DNA of 64,000 nucleotides from Eledone cirrhosa (Eukaryota): NCBI GenBank assembly GCA_964016885.1, contig OZ024747.1, positions 50,096,001-50,160,000 of the forward strand, written 5' to 3'. How positions within the stretch are numbered: the first letter of the stretch is position 1; each line of letters opens with the position of its first letter. Of the stretch, positions 14,970 to 27,649 are shown in pieces. The position numbers were made by a program, and so were the translations under genes. A model generated the notes under the pieces. The model saw only the letters and a list, made by a program, of their open reading frames with translations, searched no databases and had not been told where the DNA came from.

Positions 14970-15232
14970 GTTACTCAGCTGTAGAAATGAGATGATAGGA
15001 CTGGGGTCCCTATCATTCCACTGCAAAGTGGACATATAGGTGCCACGGCAAAAAAGCACCCAGCCCACACTGTAAAGTGGATGTGTAGGGGCCATGGAAA
15101 AAAGCACCCAGCACTCACTGTAAATGAGGTTGGTGTTAGGAAGGGCATCCAGCTGTAGAAATCAAGCCAGAATCAGTTCGCGTCCCACCCTTGCAAGCAG
15201 GGAAAAGGCTGACGTAAAATGGTGATGATGAT
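14970..15232 (+). mobile_element. Family A SINE, 5'-truncated
   Basis: Matches 19860-20086; two internal units. Confidence 0.85.
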
Positions 15233-15303
15233 GAATGTTAATGACCTTTCATGACATAATCAGATTTTTGTGTATTCAATATGTTTGTTTTTCATACAAC
15301 AGT

Positions 15304-17480
15304 AGTATTCCCACTGGTAGTGTGTGGGGTTGTATGACACAGCCCCAGCTAAGGGGTAAGTATTCCCACTGGTAGTGTGTGGGGTTGTATGACACAGCCC
15401 CAGCTAAGGGGTAAGTATTCCCACTGGTAGTGTGTGGGGTTGTATGACACAGCCCCAGCTAAGGGGTAAGTATCCCCACTGGTAGTGTGTGGGATTGTAT
15501 GACACAGCCCCAGCTAAGGGGTAAGTATTCCCACTGGTAGTGTGGGATTGTATGACACAGCCCCAGCTAAGGGGTAAGTATTCCCACTGGTAGTGTGTGG
15601 GATTGTATGACACAGCCCCAGCTAAGGGGTAAGTATTCCCACTGGTAGTGTGGGATTGTATGACACAGCCCCAGCTAAGGGGTAAGTATTCCCACTGGTA
15701 GTGTGTGGGATTGTATGACACAGCCCCAGCTAAGGGGTAAGTATTCCCACTGGTAGTGTGGGATTGTATGACACAGCCCCAGCTAAGGGGTAAGTATTCC
15801 CACTGGTAGTGTGTGGGATTGTATGACACAGCCCCAGCTAAGGGGTAAGTATTCCCACTGGTAGAGTGGGATTATATGACACAGCCCCAGCTAAGGGGTA
15901 AGTATTCCCACTGGTAGTGTGTGGGATTGTATGACACAGCCCCAGCTAAGGGGTAAGTATTCCCACTGGTAGAGTGGGATTATATGACACAGCCCCAGCT
16001 AAGGGGTAAGTATTCCCACTGGTAGTGTGTGGGATTGTATGACACAGCCCCAGCTAAGGGGTAAGTATTCCCACTGGCAGAGTGGGATTATATGACACAG
16101 CCCCAGCTAAGGGGTAAGTATCCCCACAGGTAGAGTGGGATTATATGACACAGCCCCAGCTAAGGGGTAAGTATCCCCACAGGTAGAGTGGGATTGTATG
16201 ACACAGCCCCAGATAAGGGGTCAGTATCCCCACTGGTAGAGTGGGATTGTATGACACAGCCCCAGATAAGGGGTCAGTATCCCCACAGGTAGAGTGGGAT
16301 TGTATGACACAGCCCCAGATAAGGGGTCAGTATCCCCACTGGTAAAGTGGGATTGTATGACACAGCCCCAGATAAGGGGTCAGTATCCCCACTGGTAGAG
16401 TGGGATTGTATGACACAGCCCCAGATAAGGGGTCAGTATCCCCACAGGTAGAGTGGGATTATATGACACAGCCCCAGCTAAGGGGTAAGTATCCCCACAG
16501 GTAGAGTGGGATTGTATGACACAGCCCCAGATAAGGGGTCAGTATCCCCACTGGTAAAGTGGGATTGTATGACACAGCCCCAGATAAGGGGTCAGTATCC
16601 CCACTGGTAGAGTGGGATTGTATGACACAGCCCCAGATAAGGGGTCAGTATCCCCACAGATAGAGTGGGATTGTATGACACAGCCCCAGATAAGGGGTCT
16701 GTATCCCCACAGGTAGAGTGGGATTGTATGACACAGCCCCAGATAAGGGGTCAGTATCCCCACTGGTAGTGTGGGATTGTATGACACAGCCCCAGATAAG
16801 GGGTCAGTATCCCCACTGGTAGAGTGGGATTGTATGACACAGCCCCAGATAAGGGGTCAGTATCCCCACAGATAGAGTGGGATTGTATGACACAGCCCCA
16901 GATAAGGGGTCAGTATCCCCACAGATAGAGTGGGATTGTATGACACAGCCCCAGATAAGGGGTAAGTATTCCCACTGGTAGAGTGGGATTGTATGACACA
17001 GCCCCAGATAAGGGGTCAGTATCCCCACAGATAGAGTGGGATTGTATGACACAGCCCCAGATAAGGGGTCTGTATCCCCACAGGTAGAGTGGAATTGTAT
17101 GACACAGCCCCAGATAAGGGGTAAGTATCCCCACTGGTAGTGTGGGATTGTATGACACAGCCCCAGATAAGGGGTCAGTATCCCCACTGGTAGTGTGGGA
17201 TTGTATGACACAGCCCCAGATAAGGGGTAAGTATCCCCACTGGTAGAGTGGGATTGTATGACACAGACCATACCTCACCACAGACCCAGATAAGGGGTCA
17301 GTATCCCCATGGGTAGAGTGGGATTGTATGACACAGCCCCAGATAAGGGGTCAGTATCCCCACTGGTAGTGTGGGATTGTATGACACAGCCCCAGCTAAG
17401 GAGTAAGTATCCCCACTGGTAGTGTGGGATTGTATGACACAGCCCATACCTCACCACAGACCCAGATAAGGGGTCAGTAG
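15304..17480. repeat. 55/53-bp minisatellite, ~40 copies
   Basis: Unit agtattcccactggtagtgtg(tg)ggattgtatgacacagccccagctaaggggta. Confidence 0.97.
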
Positions 17481-17799
17481 CCCCACTTTAATACTAACTC
17501 AATCTATGAAAATCTGTTCAACTCTTGCTAGCTGCAAAAATGGCTGTTAAATGATTATGGTGATAATGACGTACAGACTCACACACACACACATATATAT
17601 ATAACAAAACACACATACAGATACACAAAAACATATATATATATATAACAAAACACACACACACACATATATACATTTACATACATTTATATATATATAT
17701 ATATATAAGTTGACGGACCTAGCATATTTATTAATGCCAGAACCGGTTGTATCTCAGCGTACTCAATAGGCAATGTAAGATACATTCCCAGAGTATACG

Positions 17800-18202
<403 letters not shown>

Positions 18203-18340
18203 AGTATACTAGGGAGAGGATCAGGGGTGTATAACACTCCACTTATCCAGCAGGCAGTATAAGGTTAGCTCAATGTCTGAGGACAGAGCCGTGATATAAT
18301 AAATAACAAAGAACGCCTATAGCATATGCATATCTTTACT

Positions 18341-18386
18341 TGCTAACATTGTTTCATCCGCACTATAAGTGGGACTCATCAGAGCA
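18341..18386 (-). ncRNA. Minimal type I hammerhead ribozyme motif (GUU site)
   Basis: Minus strand: tgct CTGATGA gtcccact tat agtgcggat GAAA c aat gtt agca; stem I is 4 bp. Confidence 0.65.
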
Positions 18387-19093
18387 TAAAGGTTAATTAC
18401 ATACCATACAAGCAATAACAAATCCAAGACATTGAAGAATGAAAAATAATAATAGACGATAAAGGATATTAAGGAAGTAAAAGTAAAAATAAAAATAGGA
18501 ATAAAAAAAAAAAAAAAAAAAAAAAAAATAAGATAATAAAATAAACAATGAAAAATAAGGGGTGCTATCAGTCACAGTTGGGCGGGGTGCTGTCAACATA
18601 TAGTTACATACAAGCATACACATGGATAAGAGAACAGACAAGAGTAGATAAGATAGATAGGATTAGGTAAGAGTAGGTAAAAAATAGGTGAAAAACAGAC
18701 TTATAATATATATAAGAAAATATAAAGAAATACATAACAAACTTACATATAAAATATAAAATATACAGATAATAGTGATACAGGGTAAGGAATGAGATAA
18801 AATAATATAAAATTAAAATTAAAATTAAAATTATATAAAATAGAACATAATATAATATAATCATAAAATAAGATAAAATAAGATAAAATAAGGTAAACTA
18901 AAATAAAATAAAATAGACTAAATTAAAATAATATAATATAAGATATAATTAAATGTAATTAAATAAAATAAATGAATAAATAAATAAATAAAGTTAAATA
19001 AATAAATAAAATTAAAATTAAAATTAAAATTAAATTTAAATAAATAAATAAATAAATATATGTGTATATGTATATATATATATACATATACAC

Positions 19094-19139
<46 letters not shown>

Positions 19140-19238
19140 GAATATATACATGTGTATATATATATATAATCAAGGTTTAGCAAATAGAGAAAAAGTTTTA
19201 AAATAAATTTTAAAAAGTTTACTGTACCTACTATATTT

Positions 19239-19322
19239 ACCCTTACCGCGTGGTTTCAAGTCTCAAAATAAATGGATAATCCATGCGGAACACCATTGAG
19301 AAGGAGACTTTCGTCAGAGGGT
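19239..19322 (-). ncRNA. Type I hammerhead ribozyme (GUA site)
   Basis: Minus strand: accct CTGACGA aagtctc...gagactt GAAA cc acgc gg TA agggt; all three stems perfectly paired. Confidence 0.88.
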
Positions 19323-19600
19323 TCTTCTCACTCGGAGAATATAAAATTCCCGAGTTCAAATCATGAACTGGCACCATACAGAACTGTTCCCGGGTGAGAG
19401 TGTATGATAAAGAAACAATCTTGTCTAGTGCCGTGTGTAAAGATAGAAGGCAAGGGTGAAAAGGTCAATGTCCTGCCACTAGAAATAGCAGCAGTTAAAA
19501 CGACCAAAATGTTATCTCTACCTTAGGAGAGATTAATAATAATAAAGTATGTTTTCCTACGTGCAAAAAATGCATATAGGGGTACATGTATTATCCAACC

Positions 19601-19689
<89 letters not shown>

Positions 19690-19694
19690 CACAC

Positions 19695-19740
<46 letters not shown>

Positions 19741-19741
<1 letters not shown>

Positions 19742-20086
19742 GAGGCACATGGCTTAGTGGTTAGAGCATTGGCCTTGCAATCGAAAGGTTGTGAGTTCAA
19801 TTCTCAGACCGGGTGATGTGTTGTTTCCTTGAGCAAGAGACTTTATTTCACATTGCTCCAGTTTACTCAGCTGTAGAAATGAGATGATAAGGACTGGGGT
19901 CCCTATCACATCCACTGTAAAGTGGTCGTGGAGGTGCCACGGCAAAAAAGCACCTAGCACTCACTGTAAATGAGGTTGGTGTTAGGAAGGGCATCCAGCT
20001 GTAGAAATCAAGCCAGAATCAGTTCCCGTCCCACCCTTGCAAGCAGGTAAAAAGCGGACGTAAAATGAAATGAATGAAATGATGAT
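19741..20086 (+). mobile_element. Full-length tRNA-head CORE-type SINE (family A)
   Basis: A box tggcttagtgg, B box gagttcaattc, CORE-like gtgttgtttccttgagcaag...cagtttactcagctgtagaaatgag, RTE-derived 3' tail, (tga)n end. Confidence 0.88.
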
Positions 20087-20298
20087 ATAATGTTTTTTGT
20101 TTTTTTTTTCAAATCCACTGTCAATAAAGACACCAGGACTTTTTCATTCTGATGAATGAAAACAATTTTGGTTACTTTCAAGAAACCACTGGTAAATGAA
20201 ATAATTATCTTATGTTGTTTATTACATAACAAATAAGTTCTGTAATTCACATAGAGCACTCTTTTTTCCTGGACTCTTTTTTCCGACGGAATTACTTC

Positions 20299-20341
<43 letters not shown>

Positions 20342-20709
20342 ATGGTGTGTGTGTGTGTGTGTGTGCATGTGTGCTTGTGAATGGCTGTGACACCTTTTTT
20401 TTATCAAACGAGTTAGATTGAAGACACAATAGTGGTCTAGTGTAAATTTTCATAGCAACTATTTTCCATATTTCCTTTTTCTTTTATAACTTTCTAACAA
20501 TCCTATTCCTAAGTCCATAACCTATCTAGACCTTGACAGTCTCATCTACTTAAAGAATTTGATATTAGTGCCACTTGTATTGCCATCTTTTTCCTGGTAG
20601 ACAGTAAGAATCATGAAAATGGTATTGTAGCTGATAAAATCTTCATTGCTGGATTATAATAACTTTTTAACCATTAACTCCAAGCTGCTTTCAGTATCAA
20701 ATCGCTATT

Positions 20710-22290
20710 CTTAGTTTATTACTGTAGGTGTTGTATCTGTGTCTTAGTTTATTACTGTAGGTGTTGTATCTGTGTCTTAGTTTATTACTGTAGGTGTTGT
20801 ACCTGTGTCTTAGTTTATTACTGTAGGTGTTGTATCTGTGTCTTAGTTTATTACTGTAGGTGTTGTACCTGTGTCTTAGTTTATTACTGTAGATGTTGTA
20901 CCTGTGTCTTAGTTTATTACTGTAGGTGTTGTACCTGTGTCTTAGTTTATTACTGTAGGTGTTGTACCTGTGTCTTAGTTTATTACTGTAGGTGTTGTAC
21001 CTGTGTCTTAGTTTATTACTGTAGGTGTTGTACCTGTGTCTTAGTTTATTACTGTAGGTGTTGTACCTGTGTCTTAGTTTATTACTGTAGATGTTGTACC
21101 TGTGTCTTAGTTTATTACTGTAGGTGTTGTATCTGTGTCTTAGTTTATTACTGTAGATGTTGTACCTGTGTCTTAGTATATTACTGTAGATGTTGTACCT
21201 GTGTCTTAGTTTATTACTGTAGGTGTTCTACCTGTGTCTTAGTTTATTACTGTAGGTGTTGTACCTGTGTCTTAGTTTATTACTGTAGATGTTGTACCTG
21301 TGTCTTAGTTTATTACTGTAGGTGTTGTATCTGTGTCTTAGTTTATTACTGTAGATGTTGTACCTGTGTCTTAGTATATTACTGTAGATGTTGTACCTGT
21401 GTCTTAGTTTATTACTGTAGGTGTTGTACCTGTGTCTTAGTTTATTACTGTAGGTGTTGTACCTGTGTCTTAGTTTATTACTGTAGGTGTTGTACCTGTG
21501 TCTTAGTTTATTACTGTAGATGTTGTACCTGTGTCTTAGTTTATTACTGTAGATGTTGTACCTGTGTCTTAGTTTATTACTGTAGGTGTTCTACCTGTGT
21601 CTTAGTTTATTACTGTAGGTGTTGTACCTGTGTCTTAGTTTATTACTGTAGATGTTGTACCTGTGTCTTAGTTTATTACTGTAGATGTTGTACCTGTGTC
21701 TTAGTTTATTACTGTAGATGTTGTACCTGTGTCTTAGTTTATTACTGTAGGTGTTCTACCTGTGTCTTAGTTTATTACTGTAGGTGTTGTACCTGTGTCT
21801 TAGTTTATTACTGTAGGTGTTGTACCTGTGTCTTAGTTTATTACTGTAGATGTTGTACCTGTGTCTTAGTTTATTACTGTAGGTGTTGTACCTGTGTCTT
21901 AGTTTATTACTGTAGGTGTTGTACCTGTGTCTTAGTTTATTACTGTAGGTGTTGTACCTGTGTCTTAGTTTATTACTGTAGGTGCTGTACCTGTGTCTTA
22001 TTTTATTACTGTATGTGTTCTACCTGTGTCTTAGTTTATTACTGTAGGTATTGTACCTGTGTCGTAGTTTATTACTGTAGGTGTTGTACCTGTGTCTTAG
22101 TTTATTACTGTAGGTGTTGTAATTGTGTCTTAGTTTATTACTTTAGGTATTGTACCTGTGTCTTAGTTTATTACTGTAGGTGTTGTACCTGTGTCTTAGT
22201 TTATTACTGTAGGTGTTGTACCTGTGTCTTAGTTTATTACTGTAGGTGTTGTACTTGTGTCTTAGTTTATTACTGTAGGTGTTGTACCTG
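20710..22290. repeat. 33-bp minisatellite, ~48 copies
   Basis: Unit cttagtttattactgtaggtgttgtacctgtgt. Confidence 0.97.
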
Positions 22291-22449
22291 TATGATTAAA
22301 AGTTTGGTTCTTATTTTGATATTACTAAATCTTCAGTGGCTAATCTTGAATTTTTGTGAAATTATAAAGAGAATGGTTGCTATCAACTTATGTTTTTGGG
22401 GGTTTTTTAAAAATCAGTTTTGTTTTGTATTCTTTATTTAATGTGCTTC

Positions 22450-22660
22450 TTCATCATTATCATCGATTTTATGTTCGCATTTCCATGCTTGCATGGGTTG
22501 GACAGGTCCATCTCAGCACAGCATCTCTCCACTCATGTTTCTTCATGATTTCTTCAGCTAGTCTTAGCGATTTGAGGTCCTCTATCACAACCTCTGCCCA
22601 GGTCTTTCTTGGTTATCCTCTACTCTTGCTTCCTTCCACTGGCATTTTTCACCTATTGGT
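22450..22660 (-). mobile_element. Degenerate RTE 3' fragment
   Basis: Resembles 8416-8600 (cagcacagcatctctccact, PRKTWAEVVIEDL). Confidence 0.7.
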
Positions 22661-23536
22661 CATCCATATACATGCTAGCATAGACAGCAACTGTAAAATG
22701 AAGATGATGATATATATATACATAATATATCTTCCCCTTCCTCCTCATCATCATCATTATTATCATCATTTAATGTCTGCTAGGGATATTTAAAGGATGG
22801 GGACATTGTATGTGACTGCAGCATCGAACCACAGACTACGCAGCACCTCCTGGACAGTTCTGAGAGAGAACTGTTTACACCACAGCTATGTATCATGATA
22901 TTTACTAGGCAGATGATAGGATGATGAGTCAGTGACAAAAATATGGAATGAATACACACACACACACCTTAGAGAAACACTAAGATACACACACTAGCAT
23001 GTATACAGATAATCAATATTTGACTCCAACATGCACCATGATACACTATATTAGCAACAGTCTTTCCCCGCTCACTTGGGAATACACTTTAATTAATAGC
23101 TGATTAACAATAACATTAGTAAGAGTTATTCTCCTTGCATTAGGAAAACAGAGTGTTAATTAAGACAGAGGGTTATCCCCCTTACATCTAACGAGATCTC
23201 ATGTTAACAGTGTCGACCATCTTTGTTTTCAGTTGCCTGAAGGATAGTGTTGAATGTATCTTAACAAACCTACAATCTAGCATACTTGCAGCACTTGAAA
23301 CCAAAGGTAGCAACATTTATGTGTTGAAGACGATCATTATAATATAATGATCATTATATTATAATGATCGTTTCATTTTTTCCGTTTATATATATATATA
23401 TATATATGCAAAAGTTTTATTTAAAATGTTGGGTTACAACGAGTAAATATTTTATAACTGATATAAAAGCACTCAACAGATTTGGAGTATTTTACGATAT
23501 TAAACAAATGGAAATTACATTTATAAAACCATATTT

Positions 23537-23599
23537 ATTTCATTATATATATTTCAGGGATATCATATTAAAATATGGTATGCCTTCTTCAGACAAAAT
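23537..23599 (-). ncRNA. Type I hammerhead motif (mirror of 23735-23797)
   Basis: Reverse complement of the + strand motif. Confidence 0.7.
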
Positions 23600-23734
23600 A
23601 CAATATATAGACAGTTTTATAAATAAATTTTGTTACTACCGTAATAAAGTTGTTACTACCGTAACAACTTTTTAAATGGAAGTTGTAAACTCTAAGGTAT
23701 GTCAAATTTATTTATAAAACTGTCTATATATTGT

Positions 23735-23797
23735 ATTTTGTCTGAAGAAGGCATACCATATTTTAATATGATATCCCTGAAATATATATAATGAAAT
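23735..23797 (+). ncRNA. Type I hammerhead motif (AUA site)
   Basis: attttgt CTGAAGA aggcataccatatt tt aatatgatatccct GAAA t atat ata atgaaat; stem I is 7 bp with 2 G-U. Confidence 0.7.
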
Positions 23798-24001
23798 AAA
23801 TATGGTTTTATAAATGTAATTTCCATTTGTTTAATATCGTATATATATATATATATTTTGAGTTTATGTTGGTTGTATACCAACACCTCAATATGCAGGC
23901 TAGAGCACTCGACGAAGTGCGCAGGTTCGTTTGGTTACTCCGGAGTAGTGTAAAATAAAGTTAAATAAAAGTCAAGTGATCAAAATTTAGCTTCATTTAT
24001 T

Positions 24002-24056
24002 ACTGCTATATATATTTCAGTGACAGCCATCTTTGGCTGTGACCTCTTCAGGCAGT
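24002..24056 (-). ncRNA. Type I hammerhead motif (mirror of 24297-24351)
   Basis: Reverse complement of the + strand motif. Confidence 0.8.
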
Positions 24057-24296
24057 TTGAATTAGTATGGTATAGACAAGTACATATGTTGTTTAGGTGT
24101 ATAATATTGTCAATACTCTGATATGCCCAGTTCCTTGTTTGGTTGTTAATTCACTGAGGAACTGGAGTCATATGAATTCATATGACTCCAGTTCCTCAGT
24201 GAATTAACAACCAAACAAGGAACTGGGCATATCAGAATATTGACAATATTATACACCTAAACAACATATGTACTTGTCTATACCATACTAATTCAA

Positions 24297-24351
24297 ACTG
24301 CCTGAAGAGGTCACAGCCAAAGATGGCTGTCACTGAAATATATATAGCAGT
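24297..24351 (+). ncRNA. Type I hammerhead ribozyme (AUA site)
   Basis: actgc CTGAAGA ggtcacagcca aaga tggctgtcact GAAA t atat ata gcagt. Confidence 0.8.
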
Positions 24352-24415
24352 AATAAACGAAGCTAAATTTTGATCACTTGACTTTTATTTAACTTTATTG
24401 TATATATATATATAT

Positions 24416-24890
24416 AAACGGAAAAAAATGAAACGAAATTTCATTTCTCACTCTTAGTATGGTTGTTACTTAAATATAAGTATGTACACGTACATACATA
24501 TATGTATACAGACGTACAGTAGTATGTATATATACATACATGCACACATATATATATGTACGTATGGATTCACCGAACATTTATTATAATGCTCGGTGTG
24601 TTTGTAAACAAACATCCCGTATTAAGCCGTAGTGTCTAGCAACCATCGTTGCTCGTTTGTTCAACACTGACAAAGGAATGCTGTACTAGTTTCAAGCTTA
24701 TTAGCTATCGTCAGCAATGTATACCTTCCTGCCAGATTGTTGAACATATATACTTACCTTGTGCATATTAACGGCTGAGTAGCCCAATTTGCATATCGAG
24801 TGGGTTAATCTGCCGAATGCACCGAAAACGATAAACGGAAAAAAATGAAACGAAATTTCCTTTCCCACTCTTAGTACGGCTGTTACTTAA

Positions 24891-24891
<1 letters not shown>
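24416..24891 (-). mobile_element. 417-bp partial-tandem unit with hammerhead (PLE pseudo-LTR or retrozyme-like)
   Basis: aaacggaaaaaaatgaaacgaaattt repeats at 24416 and 24833; flanked by (TA)n; diverged copy at ~26400-26757. Confidence 0.65.
24681..24717 (-). ncRNA. Minimal hammerhead motif with palindromic stem III (GUA site)
   Basis: ttg CTGACGA tagct aata agctt GAAA c ta gta cag; stem I is weak. Confidence 0.55.
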
Positions 24892-24954
<63 letters not shown>

Positions 24955-25194
24955 GAAAATATTAAAATTATTGTGAGCAAGAAGCCAACAGTATTTCATA
25001 ATATATAAGTGACTATAACCGTCAAAATGGAAAATAATTAACGTAAGATATGGGAAAATAATTCAAACTCAATTTAAAAAAAATCAAGACAGAGATTTTA
25101 TCCACAGATTTTGTGAAATCCAGGTAAAAACCAATAGAGTCTTAACTCAGAATCAAATAAAGCTTAAATACTCATCCTTCAATTTGGAAAAACT

Positions 25195-25237
<43 letters not shown>

Positions 25238-26089
25238 AGAACCAGAATATTTATTTAACAATGTCTAATTGAACTAACAAATGAAGATATATTCTTTTAA
25301 TGTTACAATATTAAAGAAAATGTAAAGGAAGGGGTGAGCAAAAGACAAGCAATGTCGCGAGGAGTACTGGGCAACCTCTCTAATGATTTTTGAGGCAAGC
25401 CAGCACACTCGCAGCGTTGTCTCGAGTGATAGCGAGGCAAATGCGCAGGAACAGCCAAGCGCCCTCGCGAGATTTGCTAGTTACCTCTATTAGGTGAGCC
25501 GCCAGTGAAGAGAGGAACCTCGCAGTCAGCAGCCCCATTCCCTCAAACGTCTCGAAAAGCCACAGGCTATATATATAATTATTCAGTTGATGAAAGTTGG
25601 TTGATAAAAAATCTGTTCGGTAATGACCTCTGTACTACCGATACTTTGCATATTATATATGGTAGGGTCAAAACTATTAATAAAACTATTAATAAATGCT
25701 CCGACATATCTAATGCATGCTTACATAAAATCTATGACATTCCACGGAATATATAGTTAAAACTTCCATAAGTAATATAAAATAGACCATTAACTAATAA
25801 ATAAACCATACACAATATATAGATACGTTGTAACCTCACTATCAAATTATTAATACCTACAATTGAAATCTAAGTATGTAAAATTAAGTCCATAAATAAA
25901 AAAAATTAAAAAATTAACTACTTTCATGCCATTCTAAGAAATAAATTACCACTCTGGTAACTTGATACCCCAGCCAGCTTTCAATCACCAATGCCAGCAA
26001 CAATATTGTCTCCCACTCCAAATAGAAATCTACTCATATGAGTACTGGACAGAAAAGATTAAGAAACACCAAAGAGTCAATATGCTTTA

Positions 26090-26276
26090 AAACTAACACA
26101 TGTTTCAACTGTTAGAACTTCAACCCAAGGATGTGAAGTTACAAAATCAGAAATTTTATAGTTTTATAGTTTTATAATTTTATAGTTTTTATAGAAAATT
26201 TTTTTCAAAAAAATTATTATCCAAATTTTCTTATGTTTTTAAATTGCGGCCATCGGAAACAGGCTCATCAGAGTTT
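26090..26276 (-). ncRNA. Type I hammerhead motif with ~145-nt loop II (GUU site)
   Basis: aaact CTGATGA gcctgtt...aacagtt GAAA c atgt gtt agttt. Confidence 0.55.
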
Positions 26277-26822
26277 ATTTTCATAAGTTATCAGCTTACA
26301 TATTAATCAATTATAGAGATGGTGACAACAACAATATATACAGAAATAATTTCAAATAATGAATTAAAAGAAGAAAGAAGTCCTCAACTAATATGGTATA
26401 CCTCACTGGAAGACCTGTATGTTTTACTAAAAGTTTTTATGATGTGCTTGAATAATCTAAAAAGTGTCATCAGCATTGTATACCTTCCTGTCAGTCGATT
26501 GAACGTTTGAAAGTATATACTTTCCTTATGCATATTAACGGCTGAGCAGCCTAATTTGCATATCGAGTGAGTTAGTCGGCCGGGAGTACTGAAAATGATA
26601 AATGGAAAAGAATGAAACAAAATTTCATTTCTCACTCTTAGTACGGCTGATACTTAAATATAAGTATGTATACGTACATACATATATGTATACATACGTA
26701 CAGTAGTATGTATATATATATATACATACATGTACACATATATATAAGTACATATGGGTTTAGATCAATAGATAGATAGATAGCTAAATATGTCTATCTA
26801 TTATCTATTATCTATCTATCTA

Positions 26823-27477
26823 TCTATATATATAAAGCTGTGGTTGTCTGTCTGTCTATCGATTTTTGGCACACATCTCCTCTTAGAATCTCTGACGGAA
26901 TTGCACCGAAATTGCTATACTTGTACATTGAGCCCTAGCGAAGACATCGGGAAAAAAATATTTCAAATTGACCCACCCTATGTGACGAAATCGAATCTAA
27001 TGTATCGATTTTTGAGCGTAAGTGACGAGTTATTTCCCTTTGTTCTGTTTACATTGAGCGTCTTACGTTCTGTTTACATTTTCTGCGTGCAAAAATTAAA
27101 AAAATTACGCTGGCTTTCTCAGCGTTTAAAATGACATTAACACAATACACGAACAGTTGTCGAGCCAGCAAAATTTTGACCTGCAAAATTCATCAGTTCG
27201 AACACTAAGCTTCCGTTTTGCTTCATTTCCATTTAAAAGCCTTTTAAAACAATATTTTTACTTGAAGTCTATTTAAAGACTACGTAAAACAAGCAAATAT
27301 TTCGTAAAAAAAAGCAAAAATTATATAAGTTTATTTAAAATATATGTATCTGTAAATTTCGTTAGGCGTGCAGACAGACAGTCGTGCAGACAGACTTTAA
27401 GCCAAAAAAGAAACTTAACATTGTAACTTTAACACAGCTACTGAGCGACCCCGAGCAACGCCGGGCTTTACTGCTAG
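26823..27477 (+). mobile_element. Non-autonomous Helitron
   Basis: 5' A|TCTATATATATAAAG with (gtct)n; 3' hairpin cccgagcaacgccggg then CTAG|T. Confidence 0.8.
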
Positions 27478-27649
27478 TAGATGATAAAGGAAGGCAGCAG
27501 GAGAAGATAGGCTGAGTTGGAATAGAACAGCAGCAGCCATATTTTCCTCGCCTCTTATTTATTACATTAAGTAGTTAATACTTTTATCGAAGTCTGTCTG
27601 TTTGTCCTCCTCCTCTTCTTTATGGTTAGTGTGGCATTGCTGCCTCTTT

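Larger units (their letters stand above)
23493..23841. repeat. Inverted repeat: 138-bp arms (23493-23630 / 23704-23841), 73-bp spacer
   Basis: Arms are reverse complements; the same peptide appears in + and - ORFs. Confidence 0.95.
23954..24399. repeat. 446-bp spacerless palindrome centred on gaattc (24174-24179)
   Basis: 223-bp arms, two mismatches seen. Confidence 0.96.

Noticed and set aside
19741-19815. tRNA gene
   Set aside because: A/B boxes continue into a SINE body; no complete cloverleaf
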